Positions 14,589-26,051 of a DNA stretch of 64,000 bases are shown here, one piece after another. How positions within the stretch are numbered: the first letter of the stretch is position 1; each line of letters opens with the position of its first letter. Source of the stretch: Octopus sinensis (lineage: Eukaryota); NCBI RefSeq assembly GCF_006345805.1, contig NC_042999.1, forward strand, positions 16,678,001 to 16,742,000. The letters run 5' to 3'. The translations under genes were made by a program, and so were the position numbers. Below the pieces are notes generated by a model that was not told the DNA's origin, did no database searches, and saw only the letters and a program-made list of their open reading frames with translations.

Positions 14589-14956
14589 TTTCGTATCTCT
14601 ATTTTCTGAGTTCAACATTTGTTGCCACCGACTCTGTGTAGCAACAATCTACATAGACAAAAATAATATTGCTAATACGCAGACGTTTATCCAATCATCA
14701 ACAATCTTGTCTTTAAAAATAATATGCTAAGTCAATAGATATCTCTACTGAACGAGCTAACTAGTAAATCTGTATGCGATCAGTCGACTTTAAAAAAGTG
14801 GCAACCAAAATCATGTTTCCTTGGAACCACAAGCTTTCTGTTCTACGATATCCAGTCGTTACAAAACCTTTGGTGATTTCCTTGTTAAGTCTTAGATATC
14901 TGTAATTTTCCTGAGCAGATACATAGCCAGTCCCTCGTTTTCTTCATTCAAATATA
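14589..14956. repeat. Copy 1 of a local direct duplication of about 350 bp (copy 2 at 16163-16514)
   Basis: Direct alignment by eye, over 90% identity with two indels. Confidence 0.9.
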
Positions 14957-15187
14957 TATATATATACCCTTCTGTATAATGAAATAAGGTACGGAATATG
15001 GGCGTTGATTGATCAGTAAATGTAGTCGCTTAGCTAGAGGACGTGAGTTCAGTTCACTGGTCAGTCAAATCACATATATTCTTGTTAAGATGAGAAGAAA
15101 ATAGAATAATAATTTTATATCTGCAGTTATCGCGTCTATGTCTGTTCATGGATTTAGCATGACTTGATAAACTTTCTCCATACTGAT

Positions 15188-15590
15188 TAGTTTTCCATTT
15201 GAGTCTGCCATTTATCATTATCAATTCTTTTCCATTCCATATTTCTTTTTGCAGTATCTTTGAATCTGTGTCTAGGTCTTACATTTTTTCTTTTCCCCTT
15301 TACATAACTGGGAACAAAAGACTTGTCTGAGGAGTCCGTTGTTGTCCATCCTATGTACACGATCCAACCAATATAAATTTCTAACAATGAAGATTTCTAT
15401 CAGAAGAGGCAGAGCAGCACACTGTATGGTCTCTTCATTCTTGATGTTGCTGAAGAGAATATTATTCATAATTTACCGCAGTTGTCACATCATATAAGCA
15501 TATAACTTGTCTAATTTAGCTTTATAGACTGTCCAGGTGTCAGCTCCATATAGCAGTGAAGAAACCACAATACCTTGGGATGTATTACAT
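15188..15590 (-). mobile_element. RTE-clade LINE fragment (post-RT region), degenerate
   Basis: GIVVSSLLYGADTW..; LYWLDRVHRMDNNGLLRQVFCSQLCKG..RPRHRFKDTAKRNM. Confidence 0.8.
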
Positions 15591-16162
15591 TATAATATAT
15601 AATAGGATAATAAGTAATACGATAATAAGTAATAGTATAATAAGTTGTAGGAAAATATCTCTGGCACGGACTATAGAATTAGAAGAAGCTTTGTCTCTGG
15701 ATTAAATACAATGTTCGTTATGAATTTTGAGAGCGTTTCCAAATGCGACAGATACCTGAAGACAACCGGAGGACAGTTTTGATTATAACAACTAAAGTAT
15801 GTGACTACTCTGAATATGGCGGTGTAAAGTCGTGACAATTTCTCATCGTGATTTCCGGATTAAAGACAGACCCTCCAGCTAAACTAATGTATTACTATTT
15901 CATTATCTCTGGCTGCATCCGAGACGAAGACACAAATCAGAATGAGTCAGCGAATAATGCAATTATTGAACTTCGTTAAATAAATGAACAGTAGCCGCTT
16001 CCAAAACATTGGTCAAAACAGTTTCCATTTAAATGGCTTTGTAAAACTTGCGAACATTAAAACGTCTCATTCTCATTGTTATTTTTATCGTATAAAACTT
16101 TTAGCGGGGAGCAAAAAGATCCAGTATAGATTATTTGTATACAGACGGTAAATGATATTTAG

Positions 16163-16514
16163 TTTCGTATCTCTATTTTCTGAGTTCAACATTTGTTGCC
16201 ACCGACTCTGTGTAGCAACAGTCTACAGAGACAAAAATAATATTCCTAATATGCAGACGTTTATCCAATTATCAACAATCTTATCTTTAAAAATAATATG
16301 CTTAGTCGATAGAAATCTCTACTGAACGTGATCAGTCGACTTTAAAAAAATGGCAACCAAAATCATGTTTCCTTGGAACCACAAGCTTTCTGTCCTACGA
16401 TATCCAGTCGTTACAAAACCCTTGATGATTTCCTTGTTAAGTCTTAGATATTTGTCTTGTAATTTTCCTGAGGGGATATATAGCCAGTCCCTCGTTTTCT
16501 TCATTCAAATATAT
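16163..16514. repeat. Copy 2 of the local direct duplication
   Basis: See 14589-14956. Confidence 0.9.
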
Positions 16515-17633
16515 TTTTGCACGGAACAATTTGATGGCTACATTCAGTTATATTTGTCACATCTGTTTCGTTGTGCATTTATACCGCAAGGAGTATTTTG
16601 TTCATCATTCTAAAACTCCTATTGACCAGGACTGGTAATATATGTCAACGACTCTGAAGAATGAAAGGTAAATTTAAGTCAGTCAGTCACCGGTTGACAC
16701 TCGCTGACGATACATCGAAGAGGCCAGGGAACAGAAGAAAGAAGAAGAAAGAAGACATGCACCCAACAGCAGAGCTGAAGACACCTCCGAAAGCGGGGGG
16801 GGGGGGGGCGCCACGTCAAAACGGTAGAGGACTAGGGGCCGAAACCGGACGTGGTTCCTCCTGATGATGTCTTGAGCTAACTGGATCTTATAAAGGAGCT
16901 GTTGTGGTAGCAGACCACGAAACACGGTTGTAATTCCTCCTTTGAACCCAGAACCAAAAAAAAAAAGAAAAAAAAACTGGAACAAAGAGTCGTTTGCTAT
17001 TTAGTCTTGTGTTCTAATGCTTCTGACAACTATTCACCTTAAGCGCCGCAATCTACTGTCTTAGACAAGGAAGGTCACATTGGATAATATAATAAATGTA
17101 TATAAAATATGGTTGAATAAACGACAGGATGGTAGAAATTCAAATATATGCACTACGTTATAGGTTTGTTCAATACGATTTAGCCTGAGGCTAAACAACA
17201 ACAGCATTCAAAACATTATTTTTAGGAATATAGTTAATGTACATCTCGAATGTGGCAACACGGAAATTATGTAAAAGAGAATTGTTGCAAAAAATTGAAC
17301 TGCCTGGAGTTTAGCTGCTGACATTAGCTGATCTTTTTATCTCAAAGACTGTATCACTAGTTTCGTTGGTCTGTCTGGTAAATTTTAAGTTTACAAAATA
17401 GACGATTCATGGCAACTAGCCACAACCTGAGAAAAACACCAACCAAAAATTATTATTTACAATGAAGAAATCAATGCGACATTTCAAATTTATATATCGA
17501 ATATAAAAGGAGCTTCTGCTATATATTTGTGCTAGCTACATGCAAATATAATTGGCCGCAATTCTAACTGCACTCACACACACATACATATATGTATATA
17601 TGTGTGTGTGTGTATGTATGTATATATATACAA

Positions 17634-17664
<31 letters not shown>

Positions 17665-17769
17665 TTTATATACACTTCAAAAATATAGGATAAACAGAAT
17701 AAATTGTTATTTATATCTTGCCCATGAACAATAAGTAGTGGCCCACATTTGCCCTTTGGCGTTTAGAGG

Positions 17770-17935
17770 TAACAATCAATAAGCGGTCAGCGCTGTTGAC
17801 CCTTTTACTGGAAGCCGTATAGATTAAACAGATCTAATTCTGAAGTGTATAGACGCCTAACGCGACTTTGAGAACACATACAAGCAGCTATTTCGTTTCA
17901 ATAACATTTAAAGTATTACTATTAATATACGCATA
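17770..17935 (+). repeat. Unclassified dispersed repeat (second copy at about 26237-26400)
   Basis: Shared CAATCAATAAG..GCGCTG and TTTCAATAACATTTAAAGTATTAC.ATTAATATAC. Confidence 0.6.
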
Positions 17936-17990
17936 CATATACAAACACCCCACACAATAAACATATATATATATTTCATATATATACATG

Positions 17991-18104
<114 letters not shown>

Positions 18105-18841
18105 GTTTGTAGATATCTTGCAGAAAGGTAGGTAATTATCGAAGAAAACTTATGAAAGGCAGTGTCAATAAACGTAAACGAAAAGAGAAATATATCGTAA
18201 TATAAACTAACATTGATTGTTTAATTATCGTATGAATATTTCGGGAAAAATTCCCCTTTTCAAAAATAAACTCCAATAACAAAGCATTTCTCCGAATATT
18301 TTCTTTCTTCTATTTGAAAGGGGAACATATTGTTCTAAGTAATTTCAGATCATTAAAAAATCTATGGAAAGTATTTATTATATCCTTTGTCCTTTGTTTT
18401 CCTTTAATGACATCATTTTATATATCTTGTTTAATTTTCTCATTTTCTTTGGCCAAATATGTTTGTAACTGTCTATTTCAGTTACATTTACTACAGTTCA
18501 TCAAGTAAATTATAATACACTTTCATATATACATATATACACACATCATAGCTGCACCCACGTTACACGAGGACCGCCATTGCCAAGAAGACATACTGAA
18601 ATGATTAATTATTGTTGCCATGTGATTCCCTTATGACTTTTAAGCCCAGCCAAGCTTTTACACATTTTATTACTTTCTAGACAACTGTGCTGGCTGGCAG
18701 GAGAAACAGGTGCCACCCTATGCACTCTCTTAACATGTCTTTTTAGACCTCCAACTGAGAGGCACACCCTTCCACATTTTACACATGTTCTGTTATGAAG
18801 TTTTTAATAGATATACATACATGTATATATATATATATATA

Positions 18842-19063
18842 TTGATAAAAATGATAAAACAACAAAAGAATGGAAGAGACCTCGATATTATGTAAATCGA
18901 GGAATTTATCTGTAAATGTAATATGTGACAATTATTCGGTAGCAATTATTCTGTTATTCGGTGGCCGGATAACTGAAGAGATGGCGGCGTGGATTTGTAT
19001 CCCGGCATCCGAAACTCGGAGTTTTATCATGGCTACCGAATAATTGTCACATATTACATTTAC
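18842..19063 (+). mobile_element. Short Penelope-like-derived element with an inverted tail and a hammerhead (family 1)
   Basis: Perfect 32-bp inverted arms 18912-18943 / 19032-19063; flanked by (TA)n; same family at 53452-53560. Confidence 0.7.
18963..19032 (+). ncRNA. Type I hammerhead ribozyme (family 1)
   Basis: GATAA-CTGAAGA(18973-79)-GATG..CATC-C-GAAAC(19011-15)-TCGGA-GTT-TTATC; near-palindromic stem III ACTC-G-GAGT. Confidence 0.7.
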
Positions 19064-19114
19064 TTATATATATACGCACATATAAATACACAGACACACA
19101 TGCACACACACGTT

Positions 19115-19151
<37 letters not shown>

Positions 19152-19294
19152 AAATAGAAAGATGAATAATCTTGTAGTAGATTAATCAAAAGTTTAACCG
19201 ATACCTTAGTAGCAAAAATCACAGCAGTAAACAGCACGGTTGGAGGTACAACCATCTGGCGTTGCAACCGTGCGTTGGTGCGGATAATTGAAAT

Positions 19295-19844
19295 TAAAAC
19301 ATTATTGGTGAATTGAAGAAATGGAGCTGAACGCAGATTGAACAGAAATCGTTTTATTTCATTCTACACGTGTTTCGAAAGGCACAAATTACCAAAATCC
19401 GATTGAATAATGGGACCATATTGTGTCTTTCTCTTCAGGAAGAAAAAAGGAAATCCGTTGGAAAAACAAAAACAGAACAGAGGCGGAGCAAAAAACAAAT
19501 CGAACTGTGCTCCTAAGAGCCCATGGCGAAACTGTTTATCATTGTATGTTGAGAACCGGTGGCTGAAGAATTCAACGGGTCAGGCATCGGTCAATCATGT
19601 GGGTGAGGGTGTATAGATGTTCTTTGTGACCGAGAATAAAGTTCTGACTATTTAAGGAATATTGGATGTTTTATGAGGGGCGAGAAAAAATCTACTTAGA
19701 GACGTGTGTGTGTGTATACTGTTCTATATATGTGTGTGTTGGCGTAGGGGTAGAAAACATTTTTTGTGTACGTGTGTGCGTTTGATCGTTCGGCTGTCAG
19801 TGGCTACTGCCGTGATAACCGTTGGGTGGCAGAAAGAAAAAAAT
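19295..19844. repeat. Left arm of the 550-bp inverted repeat (3' pseudo-LTR)
   Basis: Reverse complement of 21686-22236; the ORF track gives identical 68-aa translations. Confidence 0.95.
19357..19446 (-). ncRNA. Type I hammerhead ribozyme, sense to the Penelope-like ORF
   Basis: TTTCTTC-CTGAAGA-GAAAG..CTTTC-GAAAC-ACGT-GTA-GAATGAAA; predicted cleavage after 19365. Confidence 0.85.
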
Positions 19845-20057
19845 AAAAAAAAAAAAAATAATATATATATATTATGTTTTATGTGTGTGTGTGTTCATCT
19901 AAGCCTGCCTTGTCAAGGAAACCCCCCGCTGTGAAAAAAACAAGCCCCGTTTGTCTTACAGGAGTAATTCCCCTTGCAGTGGTTAATCGTAGATATCTTA
20001 AAGGCTATTTCAGAATTTGTTACCAAGGGCTATGGGTGCCGGTATTATTTATAAACG

Positions 20058-21685
20058 CTATTTAAAGGCCAGATAAGTGTAACGCCGCCAATGGGGGCAT
20101 CGAAAAGCCGACTGTAAGAGCCCGTTTACCATCCGGCCTCTGGCAAACAAAATATGGAAGAGTTCGGAGACACAAAGGTTGCACTGTCTTCTGCCCCTAT
20201 CAAATGGGAGGGCCACCGACAAAATTGACCATTCCAGCCTATAGCTTAAGTTCGCATCCTTCAGTCGCCATATTAGCTTACTGAGTCCCGTGGTCTGGCG
20301 CTTGTTCACGTCCCGAAAAGTTGCGTAATGGTTGGAGACACGCAAAGACAATCTTGAGGATGATGCCCCTACATAAGTGAAGGCATCTGAGTCCGTGTAA
20401 ACCTTGCATTGGTAGACGGCGTTTTTGATCTTGGAGTTCGCCGACGTGAATCTTAATCTGCTAGGATTAGTTTCTGAAATTAGAACTGCGTTCCTGTCAC
20501 TATATTCGTTCCGAGACCTGCAGCCGCTTACTACTCTATTTTCCACTACGTCACTATTAACTATAGGAATAACCCCTGATTCTCCACTATCTATCAGAGT
20601 GCTGTCATTGCTACTGCCCGTGGTACTGCTATTGCGGGAAATGATGCTGGGGTTGCTAATGGGGCTCTCTACCCTACTCCCATTGTTACCGTCAACCACA
20701 ACACCCCTATTTATAACTATACCCCTAGTGGGTACTCCCTGGCTGGAGCTGAGATTATGTGTCACTGTACTGGCTCTCATATCATTATTACTACTATAAT
20801 TATTCCTACTGAGCATTCAACCGGGAGCGGAAGAGGCTGTGCCTCCGGAAAAAGGTGATAGGGTCTTAGTAAGTAGCCTATTATTATGGGAGGCGATTAT
20901 CTGGGCGAGGTTTTTAGTGTTGGAGAAAGCTATCCTAACTTTATGTGAGTTAACCGTGGAGTAATATTTGGAATTTCTGGGGAAGTTATTGGCGATGGCT
21001 TGTCTAAACATGAGGGGGAGGTTAGTTCTAATCTGCTTACCAAAGGGGATTACAAACCATATATGCTTATTCCTATCAGTGTGATGGGTCGGGACGCCAG
21101 CTCTCGCATTCGGGTGGGTGATTCTCGGATGAATAACGGGTCTTGGGTTAGTGTAAGACCTCCCGGACCGATAATTATCCTTGTTCGCTAAATTAAATGC
21201 GGGAGCGACTACCCCGGCATCCGCCGCGCTCCCGTCCTTACTTAAAATGTTAATGTTATTATATACGGCCCTATCCTGATGACCGAATGATGGCATCGGA
21301 AGGGCCGGATCAATATAAATTACCTTCTGCCTATAACCGGCCTTGGATAGTGCGGCGTTATAAAATTCCGCTTTCTGCATAAAAATATCGGCACTGGCGG
21401 ACAAGCCAGACAATCTTAGAGAGATGTTTTTAACCAAATTGTCTGTTACGGTTTTGGCATGATTGAGAAGACACTGACATACTTCAAATTAGTGGAAGGC
21501 TTATGGTAAGGGCAGTATGAGTCGCTATTAAGGTTAAGTGTAACGTCTAGGAAATTAGCCTTGGTGAGTTCATTATCAAAAACTATACTCATGCCCATTC
21601 TATTAAAAAACCTAGCTAACCTGCTCTTAGTTTTCTGCACTATTCTGTTCGTGGTGTTTTGCAGGTAAAACAGACAATCGTCACG
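20058..21685 (-). pseudogene. Penelope-like RT (C-terminal part), thumb and GIY-YIG endonuclease ORF; one frameshift (about 21465) and one in-frame TGA (20817-20819)
   Basis: NFLDVTLNL..YCPYHKP..KYV, SNHA (restored by +1 nt), KHIWFVIPF, IIASHNNRLL, NAVYQC..YVGAS..RVSNHY..FR, CNLCVSE, CPH. Confidence 0.9.
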
Positions 21686-22236
21686 ATTTTTTTTCTTTCT
21701 GCCACCCAACGGTTATCACGGCAGTAGCCACTGACAGCCGAACGATCAAACGCACACACGTACACAAAAAATGTTTTCTACCCCTACGCCAACACACACA
21801 TATATAGAACAGTATACACACACACACGTCTCTAAGTAGATTTTTTCTCGCCCCTCATAAAACATCCAATATTCCTTAAATAGTCAGAACTTTATTCTCG
21901 GTCACAAAGAACATCTATACACCCTCACCCACATGATTGACCGATGCCTGACCCGTTGAATTCTTCAGCCACCGGTTCTCAACATACAATGATAAACAGT
22001 TTCGCCATGGGCTCTTAGGAGCACAGTTCGATTTGTTTTTTGCTCCGCCTCTGTTCTGTTTTTGTTTTTCCAACGGATTTCCTTTTTTCTTCCTGAAGAG
22101 AAAGACACAATATGGTCCCATTATTCAATCGGATTTTGGTAATTTGTGCCTTTCGAAACACGTGTAGAATGAAATAAAACGATTTCTGTTCAATCTGCGT
22201 TCAGCTCCATTTCTTCAATTCACCAATAATGTTTTA
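21686..22236. repeat. Right (5', inverted) arm of the pseudo-LTR
   Basis: Joined to the truncated RT at an A/T run; ends in (TA)n. Confidence 0.95.
22085..22174 (+). ncRNA. Type I hammerhead ribozyme in the inverted arm
   Basis: CTGAAGA 22093-99, stem II GAAAG/CTTTC, GAAAC 22155-59, palindromic ACACGTGT, GTA cleavage triplet 22164-66. Confidence 0.85.
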
Positions 22237-23243
22237 TATATATATATATATATATGTATATCATATACGTAGTACACATATACATATGTATGGTTGTATC
22301 CAAGTATAAATATAGAAAATATGGATTCAGACACGAACATCAAGTAGCAATGTGTTCCTGTGTATTGTATTCTACAACTAATATGTTTGGGTTCTTATTA
22401 TATTTCTTCTATAAATGTTGTATCGTATTTTCTTATAAATTCCTTAGCGTTTGGAACACACGCTCAATTTTGCACGGTTTCTCTTGATCACATGTTCTAT
22501 TTAATCTGTAATCGACTTTATTAATCTTATACTAAGGGAATCTGTTACCTGTTAGCAGCAGCTGAAGTACCTGATGCATGGTTATTTAATTCTTCGAGCT
22601 CAAAACATAACGAAAATGCCCGCAGAGAATTTCAAGTTCCAATCAATGCATTGTTGCATCACAAATATTCTTGGCAATTTCACCTTTCTCAGATAACATA
22701 TATGCAGATTATATTATTGGAAAAAAAATGCAGATTGTGTTACAGCATATTATATCACAAGAAAATAAAATATTTTCAGTGATATTGTAGCACCAACATC
22801 ACCCTTCGAACAAATTTAGCTATAACATGAAAAAAGGAAAATTTAAATAATCACACTGCCTCCCGTACAGTTTGGCGATTGCCCTATCGGAAAATACTTT
22901 TACTAAAATGTAATTCCATTGTTTTCAATTTTTATTTTTTACTTTCATTTTCGTTTTCATTTGATGTTCAACACACGAACACTTCGACATTTTAAATTTA
23001 TTGTAACCGCTAACATATTGCATTCGCTCATAAATATGAGGCTTATTCATGTTTTACAGAAGTTCTGGAAGTGTGCCATAGTACGAGGTGACGAAGAAAG
23101 AAAGAAAGAAAAACTCAGCCATGGCATTTGAAGCTTTGAAATTTTGAAATACTTGTAGTAATAAAAACATACCTGAAAAAGTAATCAAATATCTGAAGAC
23201 AGCTACATTGTATTTTTACGCACCCAATGTGAGAAAAATCGGC

Positions 23244-23284
<41 letters not shown>

Positions 23285-24111
23285 GGCCCAGCGGTTAGGG
23301 CAACGGACTCGCGGTCGGAGGATCGCAGTTTCGATTCCTAGACCGGGCGTTGTGTGTGTTTACTGAGCGAAAACACATAAAAGCTCCACGAAGCTCCGGC
23401 AGGGAATGGTGGAGATCCCTGCTGTACTCTTTCGCCCCAACTTTCTCTCACTCTTTCTTCATGTTTCTTGAGTAACGCTGCGATGGAGTGGCGTCTCGTC
23501 CAGCCGGGGGGAACACATACGCCACAGAAACCGGGAAACCGGGCCCATGAGCCTGGCAAGGTTGTAAAGGGCGCATAAACAAAAAAATTAATATTATTAT
23601 TATTATTATTATTATTATCATTATTATTATTATCGTTATTATTATTATTATCATCATTATTATTATTATCATCATCATTATTATTATATTATTATTATTT
23701 ATTATTATTATTATTATTATTGGCCCAGCGGTTAGGGCAACGGACTCGCGGTCGGAGGATCGCAGTTTCGATTCCTAGACCGGGCGTGTGTGTGTTTACT
23801 GAGCGAAAACACATAAAAGCTCCACGAAGCTCCGGCAGGGAATGGTGGAGATCCCTGCTGTACTCTTTCGCCCCAACTTTCTCTCACTCTTTCTTCATGT
23901 TTCTCGAGTAACGCTGCGATGGAGTGGCGTCTCGTCCAGCCGGGGGGAACACATACGCCACAGAAACCGGGAAACCGGGCCCATGAGCCTGGCAAGGTTT
24001 GTAAAGGGCGCATAAACAAAAAAATTAATATTATTATTATTATTATTATTATTATCATTATTATTATTATCGTTATTATTATTATTATCATCATTATTAT
24101 TATTATCATCA

Positions 24112-24120
<9 letters not shown>
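23285..24120 (+). mobile_element. Two tandem near-identical SINE family C variants (period about 437 bp) with an alternative 3' tail, embedded in (ATT)n
   Basis: Units start at 23285 and 23722; three small differences seen; identical microsatellite interruption pattern. Confidence 0.9.
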
Positions 24121-24156
<36 letters not shown>

Positions 24157-24208
24157 ATTATTATCATCATTATCATTATTATCATTATTATTATTATTAT
24201 TATCATCA

Positions 24209-24248
<40 letters not shown>

Positions 24249-24265
24249 CATCATTATCATTATTA

Positions 24266-24310
<45 letters not shown>
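24020..24310. repeat. (ATT)n/(ATC)n microsatellite
   Basis: Direct reading. Confidence 0.97.
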
Positions 24311-24311
<1 letters not shown>

Positions 24312-24605
24312 GTTTTACTTCTCAGCTCTCTCGATCTTACTTCTTCTGGTTAGTTGTGTGAGAGGAGAAAGCATCTTATTGTCGAATGTTTCACAGGATA
24401 TCTTTCCAGAAATTATAAAACTTGGTACTCAGGTGTTAACTTTCCTTGGAAGATAATCTTCATCCAAAATCCTTGCTGTCTTCAACAGAGAAGTGTTTTG
24501 GGCATACTCTACCCTCATATCAATTCCAATTTCTCCAACGTATTTCTCGAAATTGTTTCTTATTGCTCCGAGTGCCCTGGAACTACTGGAATGACAGTTA
24601 TTCCT
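24311..24605 (-). mobile_element. R4/Dong-like 3' end fragment
   Basis: ITVIPVV-GALGAIRNNFEKYVGEIGIDMRVEYAQNTSLLKTARIL; its 3' end runs into (TAA)n. Confidence 0.75.
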
Positions 24606-24628
24606 TCTTCCCTACAACTCTTAGGTTG

Positions 24629-25099
24629 ATAAGGAGTGACTGTGTGGTAAGTAGCTTGCTTACGAACCACATGGTTTGGGGTTCAGTCCCACTGTATGGC
24701 ACCTTGGGTAAGTGTCTTCTACTATAGCCTCCAGCCGACCAAAGCCTTGTGAGTGGATTTGGTAGACGGAAACTGAAAGAAGCCCGTCCTGTATATGAAT
24801 ATATATATATATGTGTGTGTGTGTGTGTATGTGTGTGTCTGTGTGTGTGTATGTGTGTGTCTGTGTGTGTGAATGTGTGTGTGTGTATACGTTTGTGTCT
24901 GTGTTTGTCCCCCCCCCCAGCATCGCTTGACAAACGATGCTGGTGTGTTTACGTCTTCGTAACTTAGCGATTCGGCAAAAGAGCCGATAGAATAAAAGTA
25001 CTAGGCTTACAAAGAATAAGTCCTGGAGTCGATTTGCTCGATTAAAGGTTGTGCTCCAGCATGGCCACGGTCAAATGACTGAAATATGTAAAAGAGTAA
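24629..25099 (+). mobile_element. SINE family A, full length
   Basis: Consensus match. Confidence 0.9.
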
Positions 25100-25229
25100 C
25101 TGTCCAATATTTGGTTGATTGAAGCAAATTTCTACTGCATTACCTGCTACACCTCCTTGTTGTTGGTATGTGTGCAGCATTCCCTGTTCTTTTCTGCTGT
25201 TGAGAGTGCACAATCTCTTCCCGGTACTG

Positions 25230-25810
25230 TGTTGTGTTAGATTTTTTTCTCTTAAGGCTTGGTGCAGTCTTTTGTTGTGTTACTGCATGTATTGTGTGTT
25301 GAGTGTGTAATGCTTTGGTTTCCTAGCTTGTTGTTGGAGGTTTATTTTCATTGGATAAATGCTGTATAGAGTGTGTCTTTTATTTGTCGGGCATTTTGTT
25401 TAGGCTGTATCATTGGATTGATAGTGTCTTGCGTAGGGTGTGGGCTATTACTAGCAGGGCTATTTCTTGGACAGTGTAAAGTATTGAGGATGAAGGTATA
25501 GTTTACTTCAATTTCGAGGTCTTTGTACTTTGACGATTTCTCAACTTCTTTTTTGACAATATTTTGATCAGAAGGGCCTGCTATGTCTGTCAGTAAGTTG
25601 GTGTTTTTTCCCCAATCCTTGACTGTTCTGTGTGGGTGACTAATTTGTATTTCTTTGTCGATTTGAACCGGCATATCCCGGATGATTGTGTCCTGATCGC
25701 TATCTTGTACCTTGCTTGGCATATGCCTATACCATCTGTTGTCAGTTTTGATATTATACTGTTGGCATATTGTCCGGTGGATATAATTGCTTACTTTGTC
25801 GATTCATATA
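25230..25810 (-). mobile_element. R4/Dong-like RLE endonuclease fragment, degenerate
   Basis: DKVSNYIHRTICQQYNIKTDNRWYRHMPSKV..TIIRDMPVQIDKEI..HPH..DIAGPSDQNIVKKEVEKSSKYKDL. Confidence 0.75.
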
Positions 25811-25848
25811 ATAACAACAACAACAATAACAACAACAACAACAATAAC

Positions 25849-25893
<45 letters not shown>

Positions 25894-25895
<2 letters not shown>

Positions 25896-26051
25896 TTATA
25901 GGGCTGCAATAAGGGTGGAAAAGTTGCAGAAAACAGCACTGCTTGGAACCACTCGAATACTTCGGAAGGTGCTTGAAAATTAAGATTAGTTCACTGGTAG
26001 TGAACAGCCGACACTGTAGTATATCTTTAGCAATAGAAACTGTGCAAAGGC

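Larger units (their letters stand above)
19150..22236 (-). mobile_element. Penelope-like retroelement (C-terminal GIY-YIG type), 5'-truncated, with an inverted terminal-repeat copy at its 5' end, inserted in (TA)n
   Basis: RT C-terminus, thumb and GIY-YIG motifs on the minus strand; 550-bp inverted arms 19295-19844 / 21686-22236; hammerheads in both arms. Confidence 0.93.

Noticed and set aside
14589-16514. LTR retrotransposon interpretation of the direct repeats
   Set aside because: No TG..CA termini, PBS, PPT or gag/pol sequence
16650-16985. Four CTGANGA motifs and two GAAAC in a GC-richer stretch with poly-G and poly-A
   Set aside because: The first motif belongs to a decayed family B SINE and none of the others closes all three stems
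19512-19540. Antisense hammerhead-like CCTAAGA-GCC-CAT-GGC-GAAAC in the pseudo-LTR (mirror copy in the other arm)
   Set aside because: Core is defective and there is no stem I; at most a relic
19410-19616. 68-aa ORF duplicated at 21915-22121, and the 124-aa antisense ORF at 20425-20799
   Set aside because: By-products of the inverted repeat and of low-complexity coding sequence
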